Positions 21,693 through 32,499 of a stretch of 64,000 nt of DNA are shown here, piece by piece. The stretch's first letter is position 1; every line of letters begins with the position of its first letter. The notes beneath the pieces are model-generated. The model worked only from the letters and a program-made list of their open reading frames with translations, had not been told where the DNA came from and did not search any database. The position numbers were made by a program, and so were the translations under genes. Location: positions 1,240,001-1,304,000 of the forward strand of contig BCGN01000005.1 of NCBI GenBank assembly GCA_001599295.1. Direction: 5' to 3'. Source of the stretch: Sporopachydermia quercuum. Lineage: Eukaryota.

Positions 21693-24178
21693 CTAACTAT
21701 TACCAGAAACCACAAGTTTTTGTAAATGACCCATAAATGTTTGTAAACTAACATCATCAGTCAAAACAACTCCACCACTTGCAGCAACATCACCTGAATT
21801 ATAAGTAACTGAAGGGTTCAGTTTAGAAAATAAGAATCTAGCTTGTGATCCACCAGCTTCTGTATCAATGAATCTTGGTAAAGGAAATCTATCAACTAAT
21901 AACTCAGCAGCTTCTTTCCTTGGTTCTTCAAGTAGTTCTTTAAGATTTGCATATTCTTCTTGTTCCTGATAACCAGCTTTTCTCCAAGCGGCGATTGTTT
22001 CACCATGATAAATTAAGATATGGAAAAAAGTATCAAGAAGGAGAATGACATCTGGCTGAACAGAAACAGAGTCTAATAATACAGGTTCAGGCTCAGAATC
22101 AAATTTGAAGGCAGTTAGAGTAGGTTGAATCATGATAAGAGAGTTGGTAGTATCTTCTCTATTTAATGTATGACGATAGAATGCTGTTTCATCTGGTGAG
22201 TTGTTAAACACTTGAATGAATTGTGATCGACGTAGATGAAACATGAATTGAGGATATAAAGAGAAATTGGGACTTAGTCTAAAAGATAATTCATCATCTT
22301 TCCTGAAATGAGCAAACTTTTGGCACAGTCGAATTAACATTCTGTCAATCCATCTTAAGATATCAGGACCATCGTCAGTATTAGCTTTATAGATAGCGAT
22401 TCTTGACATAAGAACAGAAGCTGCTTCTTGATCAAAAGAAGCAGCAATTTGAGGATCCCCTGGAGAAACAATTTGTCTGCAAACTGTAGTAACACGTACT
22501 CTATTAGTTCCTGATGCATGTTGGTATGTGGTGATATATTGAATCATAGCTTGTTGCTGGGGTTGATTTTCATTGCCATAGCCACCCATTGGTACTGTAG
22601 AACCCGCGCCTGATGATCCAGTGGTTGCTACTTCAAAAAATATGGCATATGTATGTAATGGAGACACTGAGCATAACTTCCAACTGGTTGTTCCACCAAT
22701 TCCTACTTCTGTTTCTGAAACTGATGGGCCAGTTTTCTTGTTAGAAACTGCATGACCAATCAAACCTGAGACCTTTAACTCTTTAGATGTTAATACTTCC
22801 AATGAACCATTGAATCCCATTAATAAATATCCATCGTCGTCCTTATTAAACATTCTCAGGAAACTTTGCTTGAAAATAGAAGTAGTAAATGCATCAGATA
22901 GAACCATAACACCTCCTGTTTGATTTGACAAGCTTCTTAACTCATCCATACCGATTTGATCGTAACAACCAGCAAAGATATCAACAGTATGACTACTAGT
23001 GGTCAATGTCTTTGCCAAACCGTCATAAAACTTGGTAGCTTTCTTGAAATGTTTAGCACTATCACGGTCTATGTCGGAATGAGATCTGATTGGTTCTTTC
23101 AGTTCATTTGAAACGATCATACCAGGTCCTTCCGTACAAGGACCACCAGAGAACAACATAATACGAGCTCCAGTATTAACAAATGATGACTCCAAGATAC
23201 TCGTAGCCACTTTCAATGCCACACCAGTACATCTTAAAGGTCTCTTATCATGAGCAACTGCCCAAGAATCTTTCTTCAAGTTTTCTAATAAAGAAGTGAT
23301 CTGGAACTCAACTTCTTGAACTGGCATCAACAATCTACCAGGACCATACTGAGACATTGATTGTTGAGAAGGTCGATAAGTAGCACCTGCAGCGCCAGGA
23401 GCCCCATTTTTGAAGGGAATTTTACTTTCCAAGCTCAAGATATTAGTAATTTCAGTTGCCGTATAGTCCTTATTACCACGGAAAATGTAGGACTTGTTGC
23501 AAGATTCATAACTCATATCATGAACTTGAACAAGAGTTCCATAGGTAATAAGACCAATAAGAGCATTAGGAGGCAATAATGATAAACTGACTAACAAAGC
23601 ATCCTTCAACGCTTGTAGGTTTTCATCATCTTGACATAAATCAACAACGTAAAAAAAAATTGGTGGGGTCTGAACAGGACGAGACAAAATATACTCAATA
23701 GTTGTTGAAGAGGGTTGAAGTTGTAAAGGCAAAGTATTTACCGATAGTGCATCAAAATTGGCAGGTAATTGATTGCGTGTCAAACAAAAAGGACAGAACC
23801 AGCTTCTTGATGCTAAATCCAACTGACAATAAGGATTCAAAATAGCTTTACAAGTAGCTGTTCTACAAATAACAGGATCTGCTTCGTAGATTGGCAATGA
23901 CTCTCTTTCTTTCAATGGTTTGTACAGTGAAGCAATCGGTACTACCAAGCGCGATGCCTCGATACGAGTAGATGGAAATGTATTCCACGAGAATCTTACT
24001 CCATCGATATCTTCAATATCTTCAAACTCCTAGTACTTTGTTAGTACAANTGTTCATCTGGAAATATGTATACACCTATACAGTTGAGCTGATGATATCG
24101 ACTGTACAAAACTAGCAATAAACCATCAACAGTACTATCCGCATTTCCATATCTAATACATTCAATATAACATACCAT
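21693..24178 (-). CDS. SEC23: COPII coat subunit Sec23; exon 1 is the ATG only (24176-24178), exon 2 is 21693-24029
   Basis: Zn finger CKAILNPYC...[21 protein letters not shown]. Intron 24030-24175 (GTATGT..TACTAAC..TAG) gives [23 protein letters not shown]. Confidence 0.97.
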
Positions 24179-24579
24179 TGTTAGATCAATCAACCAATTC
24201 TGAATTCCAAGCCTACTGATTACTAAACAAGCGTTGATTTGGTGTCTGCCAAATCGTTGTGAATATCAAATCAAAGACGCTATTAGCCAATCCTTTGCAT
24301 CGACGGCCACTATTGCTCTTGATTTAACAATCAATTGCAAAATCCACACTCTTAAGTATAAGGAAAAGAAACCAAAGATAATATTTCCATNAAAATATGC
24401 TGAAGGAGGGCGACGAACTATCAGATAATCGNTTGAATTGGTTTTGTTTATATGGAGATATTTCACTTTTATCACTTTGGGCCTTCCACTATGGACTATG
24501 TTTGTGGACAACGAGACTCAAGGTCNACAGAACAATACAAATGGTGTTTGGATGTTGCCACGTCAGAAAATCCATAGGG

Positions 24580-24738
24580 GTATGTAGAGAGATATTATGT
24601 ATTATTATGTATTACATGCAGTATTTATATTTGAGCTTGCATGATCTAACATACACATACAGATCCATCAAACTTCCACAGAAGTTTGACTTTACTAACT
24701 GTTCTTCCTGTATTGTAATTACAATGTCATTTAAATAG
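24580..24738 (+). other. Putative spliceosomal intron upstream of GAB1 (5' leader intron)
   Basis: GTATGT 24580-24585, TACTAAC 24693-24699; the first AG after the branch point is TAG ending at 24738. Confidence 0.6.
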
Positions 24739-24868
24739 ATTCCAATGGATGTTGAAGTATTAATGAAAGGCGCATTTGATCTGCATTGATTCTGTGCGGA
24801 CGGATATTGGGAATTTTTTTTTTCATGGCTAGGAAAAGAACCATAGGTGGGCGACTTTCATTCTAATC

Positions 24869-26185
24869 ATGAGAAAAGTAGCATTGGTGTTGGGTAGCAG
24901 TATAGCCTTAAGGCTAGCTATTTTATATTGGTTCCCTCAATTGACCACAATTCTTGATAACAGGCCCGAAATTTCAACACCTGTCACATCTTTTAAATCC
25001 TTGAAAGAAGGTGTGTTCCAATATTCTCATAATAGAGACCCATACGATGGTGGTGTCTGTCATCAATCACCGTTACTGTTGGTGCTCTTCGCATGGGTTA
25101 CACAATTCACTCAGGATAATGCTATGAACGGTATAATAATAGATTTAGTGTATTGTATTGCTGACATAATTGCCGGACTATTGATTTTCAAAATTACTGG
25201 TCATTTCAATGAACGGATACAATCAAGAAACGAAAGTATTAAGGCAATTGACAAAATTAATAATCCTGAACATAAACATTCTATGATACTGAGCATAAGA
25301 GATCCAATAATTGTTATGATCATATATCTATTCAACCCGCTCAATTTATTGACAACTCTATCACATTCAACTGTTGTTCTGACCAACATGATGATTCTCT
25401 CATGTATTGAAAATGCGCTAAGAGGAAAGCTGCTTGCTACTGGTTATTCATTAGCCATTGCNACTAATCTATCATATCATTCACTATTTCTGATATTCCC
25501 ATTAGCAGTTATTCTCAATGAGAATACAACTAACGTCTTCAGAGAGAAGCCGGTTTTCAGCCTCAAATTTTTCCTTTTATTGTTTTCAAAAATTATAGTA
25601 TTCTCCATAACACTAATGATCTCTCGACTAATTACTGGCTCATGGTTATTTATCTCATCATCATTTGGAACAAACTTCTTTTCAACAGTTCTAACGCCAA
25701 ATCTTGGTCTGTGGTGGTACTTTTTCACGGAGATGTTTGATTTCTTCCAAGATTTCTTCAAGTACGTATTTGAAATCAATCTAGGTATCTTTGTCATACC
25801 AATAACTCTCAGATTGTCTAGCCAACCATTGTTAGGCTTAGTATTAATACTAGGACAATTGGCAATGCTAAGATCATATCCAACGCTTGGTGATTTAGGA
25901 TTGTTCATTTCTCTATTATCAGTATTAAGATATATAGAACCTTTCCTAAGATACACTGTTATTGCTGCTTTAGTATTTTTATATTCCTTAGTACTGGCGC
26001 CTATATTCTATCATCTATGGATAGTTCTTGGATCAGGTAATTCCAATTTCTTCTACGCCATTTCATTGGTTTATACATTAGGAATTGGATTACTGGTATC
26101 TGATTATTTATGGTCAGCATTGAGGTTTGAATATACTGGATACGGTGAAAATAGTGAGAAAGCAAAATCGGTTACTCAGATATAA
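24869..26185 (+). CDS. GAB1: GPI transamidase subunit PIG-U/Gab1
   Basis: RPEISTPVTSFKSLKEG, PYDGGVCHQSPLLL, PNLGLWWYFFTEMF, SYPTLGD, HLWIVLGSGNSNFFYAISL; multi-pass hydrophobic. Confidence 0.95.
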   Translation: MRKVALVLGSSIALRLAILYWFPQLTTILDNRPEISTPVTSFKSLKEGVFQYSHNRDPYDGGVCHQSPLLLVLFAWVTQFTQDNAMNGIIIDLVYCIADIIAGLLIFKITGHFNERIQSRNESIKAIDKINNPEHKHSMILSIRDPIIVMIIYLFNPLNLLTTLSHSTVVLTNMMILSCIENALRGKLLATGYSLAIXTNLSYHSLFLIFPLAVILNENTTNVFREKPVFSLKFFLLLFSKIIVFSITLMISRLITGSWLFISSSFGTNFFSTVLTPNLGLWWYFFTEMFDFFQDFFKYVFEINLGIFVIPITLRLSSQPLLGLVLILGQLAMLRSYPTLGDLGLFISLLSVLRYIEPFLRYTVIAALVFLYSLVLAPIFYHLWIVLGSGNSNFFYAISLVYTLGIGLLVSDYLWSALRFEYTGYGENSEKAKSVTQI

Positions 26186-26841
26186 GTATAATAGGAAGTA
26201 TAGACAACGTAATAGGTAATTTAGTTGCATGGTAGTTTGTTGTCTCGTAGAAAGCAATGGTTATGTGTTACATATCGTTTTAATGTGTAAACTGACATAC
26301 ATATAAAATAACAGTGGTTAACTGCTCGTTTACTGATATCATACTAGTAGCAAGTGTTCATTATATAATTTTACCAGCAAAGCGCTGTGAGTAAGATACA
26401 TAATAATTGTATTCAATTCATAGGAACTACACAGGTGAAACTAATTGCAACAATACAAACTAAGAACTAACTAAGAGCTAATTTTTACATATTCATCAAC
26501 AAAATTACAATAGAAATGTAAGAAAATAATAAAAGAATGAATGACAGGTTATATGTTCGATAGATATGATTGATTTGATGCTCAAGACAACTTCCTTGTA
26601 AGTATAATTTTGTTGTTGGTAGCAAAGTATGATTCGACGTCAAATAGTAAAAGTGGTTATGAATTCAATCCTTTCAATTCTTCTACTATGTTGGACGATT
26701 GTATTCACACGTGGGTATTTTTCTTCTGTTTGTTGCCTCCTGATGCTAAAAGAATGAGATATCATCATACAGATCATATTATATCACCATTTGCCATACC
26801 CTTTTACATCGTCTCACTCATTTTTCGTGAAATACAGAAAC

Positions 26842-28536
26842 TCAATTTCTATACTTCTCCATAAATCTTTCGTGGAACTTCTTCCAATAATTAATATATT
26901 CGGTCCCAGGAGCTAAAAATGTAGTACGGAAATGATAGGTACCAGGGACTTGACCAAAACCTGAACCGGGAATCACGCATATACCAGTACTCTCAAGCAA
27001 TTCCATGCAATACAACTCATCAGGTTCTTCACCTAATTCTTTGGCTAATCTAATAGCTCCTTGTGGTAAATCAATCTTGGGGAATAGATACATAGCACCA
27101 TGAGGCTTTTGGCAACTGATACCTTCCATTTCGTTAAAAGCATTGTATAAAGCAAACGCTCTTGATTTCATTGTATTGAAGATACCCATGTACTCTTCAT
27201 TAAATTCCTCATAAGATGCATCACCCTTTTTTGGAGGATTAACCATCAACTCAACTAATGCCTGACCAGTTACAACAGGACACAATGAAATTGAGACAAG
27301 TTTGTTCAAAACGCTAATGAAATCGTCGCTGAATCCAACAAGTTCCATATATCCACCTCTTTGACCGCATTCACCAGTCATACCTTTCGATACTGAATGC
27401 AAAGATGCTAATTGAACGTTTTCATATTTACCAGGAGCTTTAGCCTGCATTTGCCTTAGGACTTTCTTGAATGAATGAAATTCCCCCTGGAAAACATTCT
27501 CTTGATATACTTCATCAGCAATGAGTACTATACCATCAGCTGCTGCAACCTCGATGATTTTTTCAATGTCAGAAATTGTAAGGCAAGAACCAGTAGGATT
27601 ACCAGGATTGATAACGACAATAGCCTTTACTTCTTTACCTTGTAAAATAGATTGTTTGACAAAATCATGGATTTGTTTAGGATCAGTTGACCAATGATTA
27701 TCTTCATCTAAGTAATAAGGAACTGGTGAACCATTAACTAATGATAAGGTTGCACTGTAAAGAGGATATTGAGGAATAGGAATGAGAAATCCTGACTTAG
27801 GACCAACTGATAAAATTGAAAGTAAATAATTGACTGCTGCTGATGCACCGGCAGTCAAGTAGATATCTTTAGGATCAGCTTTAAAACCATCACGCTTAGA
27901 AATGAAATCTGCAACGCTTTGTCTTATACCTAAAACACCTTGTGAATGTGAGTAGGATCCAACAGACCCAATGTCATTTAAAAGCTTTCTTGCTCTTTGA
28001 ACAACATCTGCTTTCAAACTTTTAACAACATATTCGTTGTCTAATAATTTTGGGGCCTGTAATAAAGCAAGAACTTCACGATAGAATGTAATAGGCTTTT
28101 GATCTAATTGTTGAGGATTACCAATGTTCAAATGAATAACACTATCAAAAGGCAAAGAACCTGGCTTTTCTATCAACTGTCGAGTTAGATCATTTGCTCT
28201 ATTTGCAAGTCTTCCTCTTACTGCATATTTTGCTTCGACAACCTTCTCATTCAAATCGCTAAGTTGGAATTGTTTGGGATTGGTTGATGGAATAGAGTTC
28301 AGTGTTGTTTGATTGATATTTGAAGAAATAATATCATCAAGATGTGTGCTACTTGAGGTGGCACTTGCTGTAGCTGCTGTGGCCATTTGTGAAACTTGGG
28401 AAACTTGAAAAAACCTTTCGTCTCGACTTATAACGTTTAATGATTTACTTGATAATCCAAATCTAATCACACGATAGTTCAATATGGATTTGCTTATGCA
28501 AACATTTGGGGATAAAAGTGTTTGCGACATTAGCAT
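26842..28536 (-). CDS. ALT1: Alanine aminotransferase with a probable mitochondrial presequence
   Basis: AKYAVRG, NIGNPQQL, PIPQYPLYSA, VINPGNPTG, ADEVYQENVF, SLHSVSKG (PLP lysine), GECGQRGGY, PGSGFGQ..GTYHFRTTFL. Confidence 0.95.
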   Translation of the reverse strand: MLMSQTLLSPNVCISKSILNYRVIRFGLSSKSLNVISRDERFFQVSQVSQMATAATASATSSSTHLDDIISSNINQTTLNSIPSTNPKQFQLSDLNEKVVEAKYAVRGRLANRANDLTRQLIEKPGSLPFDSVIHLNIGNPQQLDQKPITFYREVLALLQAPKLLDNEYVVKSLKADVVQRARKLLNDIGSVGSYSHSQGVLGIRQSVADFISKRDGFKADPKDIYLTAGASAAVNYLLSILSVGPKSGFLIPIPQYPLYSATLSLVNGSPVPYYLDEDNHWSTDPKQIHDFVKQSILQGKEVKAIVVINPGNPTGSCLTISDIEKIIEVAAADGIVLIADEVYQENVFQGEFHSFKKVLRQMQAKAPGKYENVQLASLHSVSKGMTGECGQRGGYMELVGFSDDFISVLNKLVSISLCPVVTGQALVELMVNPPKKGDASYEEFNEEYMGIFNTMKSRAFALYNAFNEMEGISCQKPHGAMYLFPKIDLPQGAIRLAKELGEEPDELYCMELLESTGICVIPGSGFGQVPGTYHFRTTFLAPGTEYINYWKKFHERFMEKYRN

Positions 28537-28895
28537 TGAATACTATGAATATCAATCAAAGAAATGAGAAATATTTCACTATTTAAATAACTCAAGCTTT
28601 TTCAATATATATGTATTTATTGCTAACGTCCCAGGTTCATACTGTAGCTTTATCTTATACGATCAACGAAAGATGAAATAGTTATGCAACGAAAATTTTA
28701 GTATCCGACCAACCACAGACTTGGAAGTATGCAGGCTTTAATGATAGAAAGATAGGGATAATCAAGGTTAAGATCTGCAAGATCTGTAATAGCTGCATCA
28801 GAAAGGCACTAAATCGTGGTTTAGACCATATTTAGTTGGAAGTTTGATTGCTTGTACGGAAGATAGAATTGGTGGACTTCTAAATACATTGGATT

Positions 28896-29164
28896 GCGGG
28901 GATGAGACATGTGGAATTGGAAAGGGTTAAAAAAAATGAGGGAAATAGATGATGTTTGAAGCCGTTTCTTACGTGAGTTACTGGACTGTGAATATAATCT
29001 AGCAATTGAAGTGTATACTTTTTTTCAAGAAAAGAATAAAGAATACGTATAATGATCAAACGTTTAATTCAAGTGAATCTTGGCGATAACGAATACTGGG
29101 GTAAATATGAGTGAAAATAATAATTGTCACGAAAACACGTTGAAAGTTTTTTTGAAATCTGGGG
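28896..29164. promoter_or_regulatory. Mig1/CreA-type SYGGGG boxes upstream of ALT1
   Basis: GCGGGG 28896-28901, CTGGGG 29096-29101, CTGGGG 29159-29164, each preceded by A/T bases. Confidence 0.4.
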
Positions 29165-29456
29165 TGATTTTGTTAGGCAAAATCACAAGTGACGCATTTG
29201 TGGTGTACGGAAGGAAATGTCAGATAAGAGCTTTAGAAAATTCGGTGAAAAAACTTAAATGACGAGATGATTATGTTTTATATGGCATATTCGGTGAGAT
29301 GTAAGGATAGATGTGTAGATAGATTAAAACAAGAGGCAGTATAGTCATTTTTTGTAAGAACGGGAAGAACTCCGTTGGCAGAGCGAAAAGAAAGAAGAAA
29401 GTTAGTTTCGTTCTAATGCTCAATGGGTTATCTTGCTAAAAGAACTACGTAACTCT

Positions 29457-29501
29457 GTTGCTGTCGTTGCAGCCGTTGCATCCGTTGCATCCGTTGCATC
29501 C
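29457..29501. repeat. 9-bp minisatellite, consensus GTTGCATCC, 5 units
   Basis: gttgctgtc gttgcagcc gttgcatcc gttgcatcc gttgcatcc. Confidence 0.85.
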
Positions 29502-32266
29502 GCTCGTTGATATTATCAACAGTTGCAATTGCGCAGTTGTAACATTTATGAATCGGGCGTGTTATTGTCATTTATCGCAAACGCATGCAAATATCAGATA
29601 TAATCACTGAAAAAACCACGACTCCAGTCCCGCTTACCCATAGTACGCATTCCTTCCTCAAAATNGCACAGGCCATGAGAATATGAAAATAGATGTTAGG
29701 CATCCTTTGCAATGCAGCTATCGCCTTCAAAGAACCTCTATCGACTCGTTGCGAAGAATGAATGGAGCCATTNTCTCGCCCAATGTGTGAACGCTAGCCT
29801 CATCTGTTGTGTTGTCAAGTGCGCATATTGCTTGAAGAATGCTGGCATCCATCTTCTCATATGTATCAAGGCTTTCCTCAGGCTCCACGAACGTCTCATG
29901 TGGTCCTTCTGAAGATAGACTTGCGGTCACTTGTGGCTGGAAAGTGGCGTAGTGTACCTGGAAAGCAAGAGTATTCATATCTGGAGAGATACGTGCAGAG
30001 AAAAAATCAGCTGAGTTGAGGTGTTCTTACGCCTTGTTGAGGATTCTTGTTAGACAACAAAAAAACACCTTTTGTCATCACAATACTTGCGTCATGAAGA
30101 GGATATACCATGATGAATTTTTTGGTGGCTCTTTAGGTGCAAAATAGAGATACAAGGTTGATGAGGGAGGAATAAGACTTTTTGAACTTGCAGTGTAATT
30201 GATTCTATATGGAAGAAAGATGTAAAATTGCTAATTGACTGGAGGAGTCGGAACGGTAAAGACTTTGTTCTGGTATTAGTAAAAAGTGAAATGGAAAGAA
30301 ACAAGATGGGTTTATTTATCTCATATTATGTTCCATATGGAAATACAATCTGAATATTCTGTATCGTACTCAATTGTAAGAATATACCTCATATCTACAA
30401 AGGATCGGCAATTGTTATGATTCCCAGTGTTTTGAAGGTAGAAATTGCAAATACTTGTTTTTTAGGTTGGATTGAGAAATTATCTATGTATAACGGGAAG
30501 TCTGCTGGACAGACAGATTTCAGGTACTTCCTGCAATAACAATATCCCCTTCCCTTCTTGAAGCAGACAGGAATAGTAGTCAATTGTAATTTTTAGGTTT
30601 TTATATCTTAGTTCATTTATGGTAGCGGATAGAAGAATGTGGATTGAGAGTAAGCATATGTAAAGGAAACTGATATGTGTTTGAATATGATGGTTCCGGC
30701 TGGAAGCCAAGAGTATTGAGATATCGGTTTGGATATTAGTTTGGTTTCACTATCATAGGTATTCAGTTCTGAAACAGTTAGAAGGAAGTGTTATGACGCT
30801 GGTGAAGGTATGAAGAACTAAAAGAATGAAATAATTAATATCCAATGACATGAATGTGATTGAATATGCACAAACGATGAATTACTAACTCCTTTTGTTT
30901 AACTATCCCAATGGAAAGATTTTTGAAGAGTCAATCATTTTGTAGTTTGGTGATCATTCATCTGATGTACGTACTGACAGTTGAGATGGATGAGAAAGTG
31001 GGATGAGATCAAAGATCAACCCCGCAAAACTATAAACTAAAATACATTAGAACACTGTTTGACCGTTGAATACGAATCGTTTAGTGTCTGAGTCTTTATT
31101 ATTCTATCGTTCTTGTTCAACTCTTGTTCATCGTTTATGTCACGCGAGATTTGTGATTTTCCACGATTGGATATTCAATTAGTACAATTAATTCAACTGT
31201 ATTATACATTACGTTACGTACATCAACATAAAGCTTAATTAAGTCTTTGATTTAGGGGATGGCAGAATTTTCAAATAGAAGTGATCCTAGATTGATTCTT
31301 TTCGAAACGAAAAAAAAAAAATCTTCAGTTTCGTGATATAAATTATATTAAAAGTTTGCGAAAGATTTTTCTCTTTAGTTCTTGCAACGCTTTGATAGAT
31401 AACGATCTTTGAATCATGTCACTCACTTGTCTGTTCAATGATTAAGGTACCATTNTTTTGAAAGATGACATGATTTCGGGGTACTCGCTTTTCTAAGTGG
31501 GGTTCACCTGTGATAGGAATATCTGATTCTTGTCTGATAATTGAATCGGTTTTATTGTTGTTTTTTTAGTTTACGCTAGTATTTAAATTAGAACAGTCAA
31601 TCAAAAGAATACTAGCTTGAATCAGGAGATTGGAGTGTATGCTGAATTCTTACATTAATGTAAATGACAATATTGTCAACAGCAACCAAAGCAATTTCAC
31701 TTCACTACTTGACGTAGCTTTCTTATCCAGTCTTCACCTTAAAAGAAGTGCATTGTCATTCAGCTTTCGTTTCTTTTCAAATTAATCTAAAATCATCATG
31801 AATGGCCTCTATTTAACTAGAATGATAATTGTAGACGATTCTTGATACAGATTAGAGTAACCCATCAAGTTCTTTGTTCTCCTGTTCAATTGTTCTCTTC
31901 ATGCAAGTGAAGCTTTCTAACTTCTTTCCAGTGGTTAAACTTCTGTCTACGGGGAGATACATACGTCAACAGTTCTATATATTCTATGAACTTTTTAGTT
32001 ATTCACAATGGTTTCAACCCAGAATCTCTGTATAAACAACCAAATAAACCGTTTGATTGCAATCGTTCTTTCTTTCTATAGTCTGTTAGCTTAAATCAGA
32101 AAATAATTAAAAGGGCTTGTGAAAGCAGTTTTTCACAGACAAGAATACATGAATAGGAATTTCCATTCATGCAGTCATATGCGTATATATGCATGTTTGC
32201 ATGCAAACCTTTCTTCATTCTTAAATTCAGAAAAGTGAAAATAACCATTACATATGTAACATAAAA

Positions 32267-32320
32267 TAGCATATAAAATAAACCTAGCATATAAAATAAA
32301 CCTAGCAAATGATAAACCTA
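32267..32320. repeat. 18-bp tandem repeat TAGCATATAAAATAAACC x2 plus a degenerate third copy
   Basis: Units at 32267-32284 and 32285-32302, partial copy from 32303. Confidence 0.85.
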
Positions 32321-32499
32321 ACCGAAGGATCTACACTTTCTTTGATTTATCCTAATTACGAAGATATTTGAATAAGTACATTATGATGATATTAAGGCAT
32401 TAGAGCCATCTATTATTTACATTCAAAAGCTTATATAGAGTATGTCGGTTAAATTTGGAGCATCGTAAATGGTTATCGACGAAGAATCTATTACTTCAA

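Noticed and set aside
28540..32440. Long ALT1-TEL2 gap as a centromere or LTR insertion
   Set aside because: No CDEI/CDEIII pair, no extreme AT core, and no TG...CA LTR, terminal inverted repeats or target-site duplication that I could see.
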